IMG/VR virus record: IMGVR_UViG_3300042691_055965
Span: 62,001 to 126,000 of that record
Length of the DNA stretch: 64,000 nucleotides
Direction: 5' to 3' (one strand)
A model generated the notes under the pieces. That model was not told the origin of the DNA. It worked only from the letters and a program-made list of their open reading frames with translations, and did not search any database. Below are positions 1 to 8,553 of this stretch, one piece after another (within the stretch, counting starts at the first letter, position 1; each line of letters opens with the position of its first letter). The position numbers and the translations under genes were made by a program.

Positions 1-32
1 GTAAATAAACGCATAATGTATTGCATTTAAAA

Positions 33-1580
33 ATGGGAATAAATGAAAATAAATCGGTAGTTGAAGAGGCTTTATTACAAATAAAGAACCTTGAAGACGC
101 TATCAATGAAAACGCAAAAGGAATACTTGCTTCAACTATGAAGGAAGAAATCAGTGAATTAGTAAAAGAATCATTAGGTGGTTACAAAAAAAATCTACGG
201 GAACAAGACGCTCCTGAAGAACCAGAAGGTGAAGAAGAAGTTGATGTTGACTTAGAAGACGAAACGGAAGTTGAACCTGAAGGTGAGGAAATTGACTTTT
301 CTGCGGTAGAAAAATTTAATGAACCGCAAGGTGATGAAGAAGTAGGCGATTTTTCCGACCTAGAAGAACCTATGATGGGTGATAATGAAACGGGTAATGA
401 AATGCCACCACTTGATATGACATCAGCTTCCCCTGAAGAAATTTTGAAAGTATTCAAAGCGATGGGTGATGAAGATGGAATCATTGTTAAAAAAGACGAT
501 GATTATATCCATTTGTCAGATAATCAAAAGGATGTTGAATATCTTATAAGTGTTGGTGATGAACCCGAAGAAACAGAAGAAACTCAAATGGCAGAAAATG
601 TGATATATGAGTTAGAAGTTGAAGAATCAGAAAACATGGACTTTAATTTGTTTATGGACGAAGAAGAAGAATTTGAAGGTATGTACATGGACGAAGAAGA
701 AGAATTTGAAGGTATGTACATGGACGAAGAAGAAGAATTTGAAGGTATGTACATGGACGAAGAAGAAGAACAAGAAGAAACAGTTTATGAAATCGATGAA
801 GAAGATTTGGAATCCGTAATGGAGGCATTCAAAGCTGTTGGACTTGGTTTTGGAAAACCGATGAAAACTTTTTCTAAAATGGAAGTAAACGACAAAGGAT
901 TCAAGGATGATAAAAAACAAGGTGAAAATCTGAAAAGAAAAGGTCCGAAGTTTAAATATCCAAAAATCAAACATGGTGTTACTGAAATGGAAGATAAAGA
1001 AATGGATGAAGAATGGAATGAAGAAGAATACAACGAAGGAATGGATTACCATGAAGAAGAAGCAGAAACAAAAGAAGCTGCTAGAACATATGGTAAAGGT
1101 TCTAAACGTGGTAGAGGCTTAAGAAAAGGGGTCACTCCAAACAGAAACTTAGTTTACGGTGAAAACGGTGTTCATTCTGAATCAGTACAAAATGAAATCA
1201 ATGTTTTAAGAGAAAAAAATGAAGAGTACAAAAAGGCTCTTGACTTCTTTAGAAACAAATTGAATGAAGTTGCTGTATTTAATTCCAATTTGGCGTATTC
1301 AACAAGATTGTTCACTGAACATTCAACTACTAAACAAGAAAAGATTAACATTCTTAGAAGATTTGACGAAGTCGATACTTTGAAAGAATCAAAATCTTTG
1401 TACAAAACAATTAAAACAGAATTAGATGGAAAAGGTTCATCTAATACAATAAAAGAATCTATCGAAAGACGAGTTGTTAAAACACCATCTAATGGTTCAT
1501 CAACAAATCTAATCGAAAGTAAAACGTATGAAAATCCACAATTCTTAAGAATGAAGGATTTGATGACAAAAATAAAATAA
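33..1580 (+). CDS. Prohead core/scaffold protein (T4 gp22-like)
   Basis: Very acidic, with a C-terminal coiled coil and many (I/L/V)-x-E motifs; lies directly upstream of the MCP. ATG at 33 preferred over the TTG at 21. Confidence 0.75.
   Translation: MGINENKSVVEEALLQIKNLEDAINENAKGILASTMKEEISELVKESLGGYKKNLREQDAPEEPEGEEEVDVDLEDETEVEPEGEEIDFSAVEKFNEPQGDEEVGDFSDLEEPMMGDNETGNEMPPLDMTSASPEEILKVFKAMGDEDGIIVKKDDDYIHLSDNQKDVEYLISVGDEPEETEETQMAENVIYELEVEESENMDFNLFMDEEEEFEGMYMDEEEEFEGMYMDEEEEFEGMYMDEEEEQEETVYEIDEEDLESVMEAFKAVGLGFGKPMKTFSKMEVNDKGFKDDKKQGENLKRKGPKFKYPKIKHGVTEMEDKEMDEEWNEEEYNEGMDYHEEEAETKEAARTYGKGSKRGRGLRKGVTPNRNLVYGENGVHSESVQNEINVLREKNEEYKKALDFFRNKLNEVAVFNSNLAYSTRLFTEHSTTKQEKINILRRFDEVDTLKESKSLYKTIKTELDGKGSSNTIKESIERRVVKTPSNGSSTNLIESKTYENPQFLRMKDLMTKIK
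654..770 (+). repeat. Perfect 33-bp tandem repeat, 3.5 copies (MDEEEEFEGMY)
   Basis: ATGGACGAAGAAGAAGAATTTGAAGGTATGTAC at 654, 687 and 720, partial copy at 753. Confidence 0.97.
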
Positions 1581-1613
1581 ACAAATAAATAAACTCAAAT
1601 TAAAAAAATAAAA

Positions 1614-3425
1614 ATGGGAGCATTATTAGAATCAGGTCTTGTTGGTAACATCGGTCTTAAGCACCTTAAAGTTATCAAAGAAGATACAATTAACAAATGG
1701 GATAAATTAGGATTCCTAGACGGTCTTAAAGGACACATCAAAGAGAACATGGCACAATTATATGAAAACCAAGCGTCTCACCTAATTAACGAAGCCGCGT
1801 CAACTGATAGTTCAGGTTCTTTCGAAACTGTAGTTTTCCCTATCGTTCGTCGTGTATTCTCTAAATTGTTGGCTAACGACATCGTTTCTGTACAAGCAAT
1901 GAACTTACCTATTGGTAAATTGTTCTACTTCGTACCTAAAATCCAAGGTTACACAACTGCAAATCCTACCACAAGTGCAATTCACAACCAACCAATTGGT
2001 GCACCAGGTTCAAACGCAACTACTAACACTGGATATAATGACGGTACACAGTACGCTAAAAATCTTTATGATTTATTTTACGAAGGGGCTGAAGCTGGAT
2101 TAGATCCTCCAGGACTTTTCGATTATTCTAAAGGAAGATGGACTGCTGTGACTTCTCCTACTACTACAGTTTCTTGGAGTAATGGTAATTTAGTACCTAA
2201 CGAAACTGATTATGAAACAACAGGAGTAAGAAAAGTAATTATCAAAATGTGTGGTTTCTATGACGCTGGTGTTGGTAAACTTATGGGTCCTGATGGTTCT
2301 GAAATCGATACTGAAGCATTCCTTTCTGATTTAACAATCACTAAAGGTGCTGGTTTAGGTGTAAGTGCTGACTCACCTTGTACAGTAGGAACAGGTTCTT
2401 TATTATTTAGAGTTGTTACTCAACAATATGGTAAAGGTATTGTTAGTCCTACTTATTCACAAGTATCTACTACATTCCCTAACGGAAATGGTGGTTCTTA
2501 CGATAACATTTGTGATCAAGATGGTTGTATTTTCCTTGAAGTGGATCTTTCTTGTCCTGTATGTGCTGACTGTAACGCTACTTCACTTGATGGTTACACA
2601 GGAGCAACCCTTTCTGCTGTGACTTCAGGAACTGCATTTTCTGCAACTTATAGAAGATATGCGGAACTTGAATTTGAAGATGCTATCGGTGAAGTTTCTT
2701 TCGACCTTGAGTCAGTTACTGTATCTGTAACAGAAAGAAAATTAAGAGCACAATGGTCTCCTGAATTGGCACAAGACGTTTCTGCATTCCACAACATTGA
2801 TGCTGAAGCTGAATTGACAGCTTTATTGTCTGAACAAGTTGCTGCAGAAATCGATCGTGAAATTTTACGTGACTTACGTAAAGGAGCGGCATGGAACCTT
2901 CGTTGGGATTACAACGGATGGAGAAGAATTGCTAACCAAACTTCTTACACTCAAAAAGACTGGAACCAAACTTTGATTACAGCAATCAACCAATTGTCAG
3001 CACAAATCCACAAATCTACTTTAAGAGGTGGTGCTAACTGGATCGTTGTATCTTCTGAAGTTTCAGCAATCTTTGATGATTTAGAATACTTCCACGTATC
3101 TAATGCATCTCCTGAGCAAGATCAGTATAACATGGGTATTGAAAGAGTTGGTACTCTTGCAGGACGTTATCAAGTATACCGTGATCCTTACTTCCCACCA
3201 AACCAAGTTTTGATTGGACACAAAGGAACATCGTTACTTGACACAGGTTATGTTTACGCACCGTATGTACCTCTACAATTAACACCTACAATGTACAATC
3301 CATTCAACTTCACACCTATCAAAGGTATTATGACAAGATACGCTAAGAAAATGGTTAATAACCGTTTCTACGGACGTATCACAGTTGATGGTGTACGTAC
3401 ATTCGATTTAAGAGAATTGAGATAA
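1614..3425 (+). CDS. Major capsid protein (T4 gp23 family) with a large Cys-containing insertion
   Basis: gp23 motifs: VRRVF..L.ANDIVSVQAM, RKLRAQWSPELAQD, H.IDAEAEL..LLSEQ...EIDREI, GYVYAPYVPL, F.P.KGIMTRYA. Confidence 0.95.
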   Translation: MGALLESGLVGNIGLKHLKVIKEDTINKWDKLGFLDGLKGHIKENMAQLYENQASHLINEAASTDSSGSFETVVFPIVRRVFSKLLANDIVSVQAMNLPIGKLFYFVPKIQGYTTANPTTSAIHNQPIGAPGSNATTNTGYNDGTQYAKNLYDLFYEGAEAGLDPPGLFDYSKGRWTAVTSPTTTVSWSNGNLVPNETDYETTGVRKVIIKMCGFYDAGVGKLMGPDGSEIDTEAFLSDLTITKGAGLGVSADSPCTVGTGSLLFRVVTQQYGKGIVSPTYSQVSTTFPNGNGGSYDNICDQDGCIFLEVDLSCPVCADCNATSLDGYTGATLSAVTSGTAFSATYRRYAELEFEDAIGEVSFDLESVTVSVTERKLRAQWSPELAQDVSAFHNIDAEAELTALLSEQVAAEIDREILRDLRKGAAWNLRWDYNGWRRIANQTSYTQKDWNQTLITAINQLSAQIHKSTLRGGANWIVVSSEVSAIFDDLEYFHVSNASPEQDQYNMGIERVGTLAGRYQVYRDPYFPPNQVLIGHKGTSLLDTGYVYAPYVPLQLTPTMYNPFNFTPIKGIMTRYAKKMVNNRFYGRITVDGVRTFDLRELR

Positions 3426-3451
3426 TCAAATCTAAAAATAGAATAAGAAAC

Positions 3452-3478
3452 AAGGGGAATGTAAATTCCCCTTTTTTT
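3452..3478 (+). terminator. Rho-independent terminator after MCP
   Basis: AAGGGGAAT-GTAA-ATTCCCCTT stem-loop followed by a T run. Confidence 0.9.
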
Positions 3479-3482
3479 GTTT

Positions 3483-3618
3483 GTATACGTATACTTTTCC
3501 TACTAACTACGTAGTTTTACTATATCGTTCTAAGTCCTATTTCTGAAATCAAAAATACCCATCCTTCAAAAAGGGGATTCTACTATAATATACTCCTATC
3601 TATTGTTAGAACCAAAAA
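3483..3618 (+). promoter_or_regulatory. Regulatory region of the secreted-protein cassette
   Basis: Perfect palindromes GTATACGTATAC (3483-3494) and AACTACGTAGTT (3505-3516), then a 76-nt element (3543-3618) repeated at 5708-5783. Confidence 0.6.
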
Positions 3619-3627
3619 TTTAACAAT

Positions 3628-5679
3628 ATGAAAAGAGTATTTTTAACAATCGCAACAACTTTAACAATGTTAACCACATTCGCTCAAAATAGAGTATGGG
3701 TTACAATTCCAAACATTGAGTCAGTAAGAACTGAACTACAAACACTAAACATTACTTCTGTTGAAAAGGCGTTTCCATCATCAAAAAGTCAAACACTTCA
3801 AAACGTATATGAATTACAATCAAATGTAAGTTCTACAGTTATTGTTGAATCACTTAAAAAAAGAAACGATTTGTTTGTGAACCCTGAAGTGGGTCCTGAC
3901 TATCAAACACTAGAAACTCCAAACGATTATAACACTGTCGTTCCAAATCAGTGGGCACTTGATATGATTGGTTCAAAAGAGGCATGGGATTACACAAAAG
4001 GTTCAACTGTGACTATTGCTATTACTGACGCTAACTTTTACGTTAATCACGAAGATTTAACAGGAAAATATGATTACATTACATTAAACAATACAAACAC
4101 GAACTACGGACATGGAACTGCAGTTGCTGTAATTGCAGGTGGAAATACTAATAACACTGTTGGAACTTCATCTATTGGTTATAATTCAAGATTACAACTA
4201 AGAACAATGTCTTATAATGAAATGCTTGATGCCACATATTCAGGAGCTAAAGTTATAAACGCAAGTTGGGCATCTTCTTGTTCTTTCAATTCATATGCTC
4301 AGATGGTAATTGATGAGGTTTATTCTAACGGAACTGTAATTGTTGCTTCAGCAGGAAATGGTTCTACTTGTGGTGGTTCTTTTAATCTTGTTTATCCTGC
4401 TTCATACAACCACGTAATATCTGTTTCATCTGTGGGGTTTGCAAATAACCACGAAAGATTCATGGGAGACCCAAACACAACTCACCAACACAATTCAATG
4501 GTTGATATTTGTGCACCAGGATATGACGTTCCATTAACTACTTCACCTGGGGTATACGTCACAGGAAATGGAACTTCATTTGCATCTCCTTTTGTTTCAG
4601 GAACTGTCGCTCTTATGTTATCTGTTAATCCTTGTTTAACTGTTGATAATATTGAGTATATCTTAAAAGAAACCGCAAACTCTGATATGTATTTAATTAA
4701 CCCAAATTATCAGGGATTACTTGGAGCAGGAACATTGAATTCTCATTTGGCTGTGAAAATGGCAAAAGAATTCAACACAATCAGTGGAACATTCAAAACT
4801 AATGTTGATTGTGTGTCAGGAGATAAGATTGTATCTGTATTGAACCTTGACGGAACAACACCTTATAACTATGAATGGATGAATGGTGATATTAACGAAA
4901 CAATTTCAGTATCAAACGACGGGTTTGTTTTAGTTCAAATTGTTGATTCGAATGGTTGTAGATTTACTGATTCAGTTTATGTTGAAAAATACGAAAAAAT
5001 TACAAGTGAATCTTTGGTTTCTGACGTAAAATGTTTTGGGATGTCAAATGGTGAAATTTCTGTAAACATTTCAGGTGGTGAATTTGTATCTGATGCTGTA
5101 TGGAATAACGGTGTTGTTGGTAACACTTTAACAAATTTAACTTCAGGTAATTATATTTTTACAGTTGTTGATGGATTTGATTGTGTTCACTCTGACACTT
5201 TAAGTGTAAGACAACCTGAACTACTTGTATCAAACATAACTTCTGTGAACCCTACAATCACTTCTGATGGTTCAATTAACATTACAGTTAATGGTGGAAC
5301 ATTACCATACACTTACGAATGGAACAATGGTGACACAACACAAAACTTAAATAATCTTTCTGAAGGATTCTATGAACTTCTTGTAACAGACGCAAATGGT
5401 TGTATGACTTCTGAGAATACAATGTTAAACACCCAAAATACCTCATCTGTGAGTGAATTAACTTCAAATGAACTACTTGTATACCCTAACCCTTCAAATG
5501 GTTCTGTAACGATTAAAACAGGTAAGGATGATGATTGTAACTTAACAATCACAAACATCAACGGACAAATTGTTGTAACTCAATCTACCTTTATCGGTGA
5601 GGTGTCTGTAAGTGATTTATGTGAAGGTGTTTACCTTGTGACAGTAAATAATGTAACTCAAAAGTTAGTTGTTAAGTAA
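3628..5679 (+). CDS. Secreted S8 (subtilisin-like) peptidase with SprB-like repeats and T9SS type A C-terminal domain
   Basis: Signal peptide; catalytic motifs AITD, GHGTAVA, GTSFASP; GGTxPYTYEWNNG repeats; C-terminal VYPNPSNG...GVYLV...KLVVK. Confidence 0.9.
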   Translation: MKRVFLTIATTLTMLTTFAQNRVWVTIPNIESVRTELQTLNITSVEKAFPSSKSQTLQNVYELQSNVSSTVIVESLKKRNDLFVNPEVGPDYQTLETPNDYNTVVPNQWALDMIGSKEAWDYTKGSTVTIAITDANFYVNHEDLTGKYDYITLNNTNTNYGHGTAVAVIAGGNTNNTVGTSSIGYNSRLQLRTMSYNEMLDATYSGAKVINASWASSCSFNSYAQMVIDEVYSNGTVIVASAGNGSTCGGSFNLVYPASYNHVISVSSVGFANNHERFMGDPNTTHQHNSMVDICAPGYDVPLTTSPGVYVTGNGTSFASPFVSGTVALMLSVNPCLTVDNIEYILKETANSDMYLINPNYQGLLGAGTLNSHLAVKMAKEFNTISGTFKTNVDCVSGDKIVSVLNLDGTTPYNYEWMNGDINETISVSNDGFVLVQIVDSNGCRFTDSVYVEKYEKITSESLVSDVKCFGMSNGEISVNISGGEFVSDAVWNNGVVGNTLTNLTSGNYIFTVVDGFDCVHSDTLSVRQPELLVSNITSVNPTITSDGSINITVNGGTLPYTYEWNNGDTTQNLNNLSEGFYELLVTDANGCMTSENTMLNTQNTSSVSELTSNELLVYPNPSNGSVTIKTGKDDDCNLTITNINGQIVVTQSTFIGEVSVSDLCEGVYLVTVNNVTQKLVVK

Positions 5680-5707
5680 TAACACTTAATCATTTTAATA
5701 ACAACTA

Positions 5708-5783
5708 CTGAACTTCAAAATACCTACCCTCCGAAAACAGGATTTAACAACATACATCACCTATATATTTGTAGAAACAAAAA
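5708..5783 (+). promoter_or_regulatory. Second copy of the 76-nt upstream element, including a Bacteroidota -7 box TATATTTG (5764-5771)
   Basis: Ungapped alignment to 3543-3618, about 53/76 identical by manual count. Confidence 0.65.
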
Positions 5784-5810
5784 ATAACTAACAATTAAAA
5801 AATAAAAAAA

Positions 5811-6638
5811 ATGAAAACAAAAATTTTAAACACAATTCTTTTTACACTTCTAACAGTTGTAACATTCGCACAAACTAAAGTACCTTTCAATCTTGGGGTT
5901 TCTCAAACTAACCCAACTTGTGTTAACTTTTCTGATGGTGAAATTACCGCACTTCCTTCAGGTGGTTTTCCTCCTTATACTTACCAATGGAGTAATGGTG
6001 ATACCACTCAAACGATATCAAATCTTTCGGCAGGAAATTATTCAGTAACTGTAACAGATTCTTACAACAGTACAATCGCAGCATTTCTTACAGTTGACAA
6101 TCCACTTCCTATCACAATTTCAGGAACACAATCAAATGTAACTTCTTTTGGTTTGTCTAACGGACAAATAGATATTGTAGATATTTCAAATACAACAGGT
6201 TCATTTACTTACCAATGGTTTACTGCGGGTGGTAGTTTTCAAAACCAAGGTAATTTAGACCAACAAGGATTAACTTCAGGTTATTATAAAATAATGGTTA
6301 CAGATTCTATTGGTTGTGTAGGAATCGGTTATTTTACAATTTCACAACCAAACCCATCATTACCAACTCTTAACAATCCTAACTTGATTAGTCCAAGTAT
6401 TTCTAACAACACATCAGCCATTTCAACTTATCCAAACCCATCAAATGGTAATTTCACAATAGAGACTAAAGAAAATGTAAGTGAAATTAGAATTGTGAAT
6501 ACAATCAATGGTGAAGAAGTTTATAACGACAAATCATCTTTATCAAAATTATATGTTGATAATCTTAAAACAGGTATCTATATGATTTATGTAACAACAG
6601 AAAAAGGAACAGAAACAAAAAGAATAACTATACTTTAA
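5811..6638 (+). CDS. Secreted SprB-repeat protein with T9SS type A CTD
   Basis: Signal peptide; GGFPPYTYQWSNG..TQTISNLSAGNYSVTVTD; TYPNPSNGNF...GIYMI...KRITIL. Confidence 0.88.
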   Translation: MKTKILNTILFTLLTVVTFAQTKVPFNLGVSQTNPTCVNFSDGEITALPSGGFPPYTYQWSNGDTTQTISNLSAGNYSVTVTDSYNSTIAAFLTVDNPLPITISGTQSNVTSFGLSNGQIDIVDISNTTGSFTYQWFTAGGSFQNQGNLDQQGLTSGYYKIMVTDSIGCVGIGYFTISQPNPSLPTLNNPNLISPSISNNTSAISTYPNPSNGNFTIETKENVSEIRIVNTINGEEVYNDKSSLSKLYVDNLKTGIYMIYVTTEKGTETKRITIL

Positions 6639-6660
6639 TAATTAAAATAAAAAAAAGAAC

Positions 6661-7257
6661 ATGAAAAATTTAATCATCACATTAGCATCATTATTTTTAA
6701 CGGTATCTGTATCATTTTCACAACAGATGTCATTACAAACAACCAAAATAGACCCATCATGTAACGGGTACAATAACGGAGAAATTATTATTGATATAAC
6801 AGGAGGTGTTGAACCTTACACAATAAATGGTTTACAGATAAATGGAACTCAGTTTATTGCAACTAATTTATCTGGTGGACAATATGTTTTTGATGTAACC
6901 GACTCTAATTTGAGTTCTTCAGTTGCTACTTTAACATTGACAGATCCACAACCGTTGGTAATACAAATATTAAAAACTGACGTTACGACATTTGGTGGAA
7001 ATAATGGTTCTGCGGATGTCACAATATTAAACGGTACTGCTACATATAATTGGACTGGCAATGGCTCAGGTATTATCCCAAATCAAGAAGATCAATTTTT
7101 GTTAACGGCAGGAATATACAATATTGAAATAACGGCGATTGATGGTTGTGTGTATAATAAGAGAATTATAATCGATCAACCATCCGCAAGTGGTTTTCCG
7201 TCTTCATATAACCCTAATACACAAGGTTTTCAACAAAATACAATTTCAAACAATTAA
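6661..7257 (+). CDS. Secreted SprB-repeat protein lacking a CTD (paralogue of 5811-6638)
   Basis: Signal peptide; two SprB-like repeats colinear with the upstream gene; ends at ISNN. Confidence 0.8.
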   Translation: MKNLIITLASLFLTVSVSFSQQMSLQTTKIDPSCNGYNNGEIIIDITGGVEPYTINGLQINGTQFIATNLSGGQYVFDVTDSNLSSSVATLTLTDPQPLVIQILKTDVTTFGGNNGSADVTILNGTATYNWTGNGSGIIPNQEDQFLLTAGIYNIEITAIDGCVYNKRIIIDQPSASGFPSSYNPNTQGFQQNTISNN

Positions 7258-7321
7258 AAATAACAAAGTCGAAAAAAGAATAATAATTCTTTGATTATTG
7301 TTGGTTCCACAAAAAAGAAAT

Positions 7322-7345
7322 CCCCCAAGAATTTGGGGGTTTTTT
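7322..7345 (+). terminator. Rho-independent terminator
   Basis: CCCCCAA-GAAT-TTGGGGG followed by a T run. Confidence 0.88.
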
Positions 7346-7404
7346 AATTTAAAATTAACATTGTTTTCTTATATTTTTGATACTTATAATTAAAAGGTCA
7401 TATA

Positions 7405-8361
7405 ATGAAAAATTTATTGTTAATGTTTGCGTTAATGGTTTCGCAAATTCTATCTTCCCAAACAACCATCTATTCTGAAAATTTTGGTACAGTAACTTCT
7501 AACACTTCTGTCAGTTCATTTAATGGTTGGCAAAATTCAAGCCCAATTACATACACAGGAAATGTAGATGTAAGGAGGACACAACCATCTTCACCAACAC
7601 CAAATGATGACAATGCTAATGTTTTTTTTACAAATTCCACACCAAGAAGTTTTACAATTTCAGGAATCAACACATCAACGTATTCTGAAGTATTTTTAAC
7701 ATTAAATCATTTCAAAAGTACAATAGCTGGTAATAATGAATTATTAATACAAGTTAGTTCGGATGGTATTAATTATACAACTTTATCTTATAGTCGTCCA
7801 ACTGGAGGTGGAACGGCAATATGGAGATTAATAAGTCCATCAGGAACAATTCCAATTACTAATAACTTAAGAATTAGATTTACTCAAACATCAACATCAA
7901 CTCAATTCAGAATTGATGATATAACATTAACAAGTCCTGTATCTTTGCCTGTTGAACTCACATATTTTGATGGTGTAAAACAAGATGGTTTTAACTTATT
8001 GAAGTGGCAAACGGCATCAGAATTTAATTCAAGTCACTTTATAATCGAAAAAACAACCACAGGTGATTTTAAAAATTCAACAATTGTTGGAAATATTTTG
8101 GGTTCAGGATATTCACAAAACATTATAGATTATGATTTACTTGACATGAAAGTAGAAAATGTAATTAATTACTATAGACTTATTCAATACGATTTTGACG
8201 GTAAAACAAAAGTATATCCAATAATAGCAATTGATAACAGACATCAAAAAGAAGTCGAAAAAATTGTTGATTTGTCAGGTAAAGAAGTTAACGAATATTA
8301 TAAAGGGATAGTTATCATTTATTATAAAAATGGTGAATTTGTTAAAACTTATCAATATTAA
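7405..8361 (+). CDS. Secreted beta-rich protein with an LPVEL Ig-like domain and short T9SS-like CTD
   Basis: Signal peptide; LPVELTYFDG...W.TASE.N...YYRL.Q.D.DG domain typical of Bacteroidota T9SS cargo; C-terminal KIVDLSGKEV...IIYY..G. Confidence 0.75.
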   Translation: MKNLLLMFALMVSQILSSQTTIYSENFGTVTSNTSVSSFNGWQNSSPITYTGNVDVRRTQPSSPTPNDDNANVFFTNSTPRSFTISGINTSTYSEVFLTLNHFKSTIAGNNELLIQVSSDGINYTTLSYSRPTGGGTAIWRLISPSGTIPITNNLRIRFTQTSTSTQFRIDDITLTSPVSLPVELTYFDGVKQDGFNLLKWQTASEFNSSHFIIEKTTTGDFKNSTIVGNILGSGYSQNIIDYDLLDMKVENVINYYRLIQYDFDGKTKVYPIIAIDNRHQKEVEKIVDLSGKEVNEYYKGIVIIYYKNGEFVKTYQY

Positions 8362-8387
8362 TTATTAACTGTTAAATATTAAACAAG

Positions 8388-8417
8388 AAGGGGTGTATGA
8401 TAATTCACCCCTTTTTT
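8388..8417 (+). terminator. Rho-independent terminator
   Basis: AAGGGGTG/CACCCCTT stem followed by a T run. Confidence 0.85.
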
Positions 8418-8461
8418 GGTATTTTCACTACGTATTTTTACGTATATCTTTCTATTTATAG

Positions 8462-8525
8462 TAAAGACACGACCGGCCCATGGTAGATGGGGGTTCCACC
8501 ACAAGGTTCTTCAAGTGTGACTTTA
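8462..8525 (+). ncRNA. Candidate structured 5' leader RNA
   Basis: GC-rich island right after TATTTATA (8453-8460); nested stems TAAAG-ACAC/GTGT-GA-CTTTA, GACC/GGTT, CCCAT/ATGGG. Confidence 0.35.
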
Positions 8526-8553
8526 GTTTTAAACCCACAAAATTAAAGGTCAT

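Noticed and set aside
654-770. 33-bp repeats as a CRISPR array
   Set aside because: The copies are head-to-tail with no spacers and are in frame within a CDS.
8462-8525. Assignment of the leader as a ZTP or c-di-GMP riboswitch or an HDV-like ribozyme
   Set aside because: Only superficial similarity; the conserved cores are not matched. Kept as an unassigned candidate RNA.
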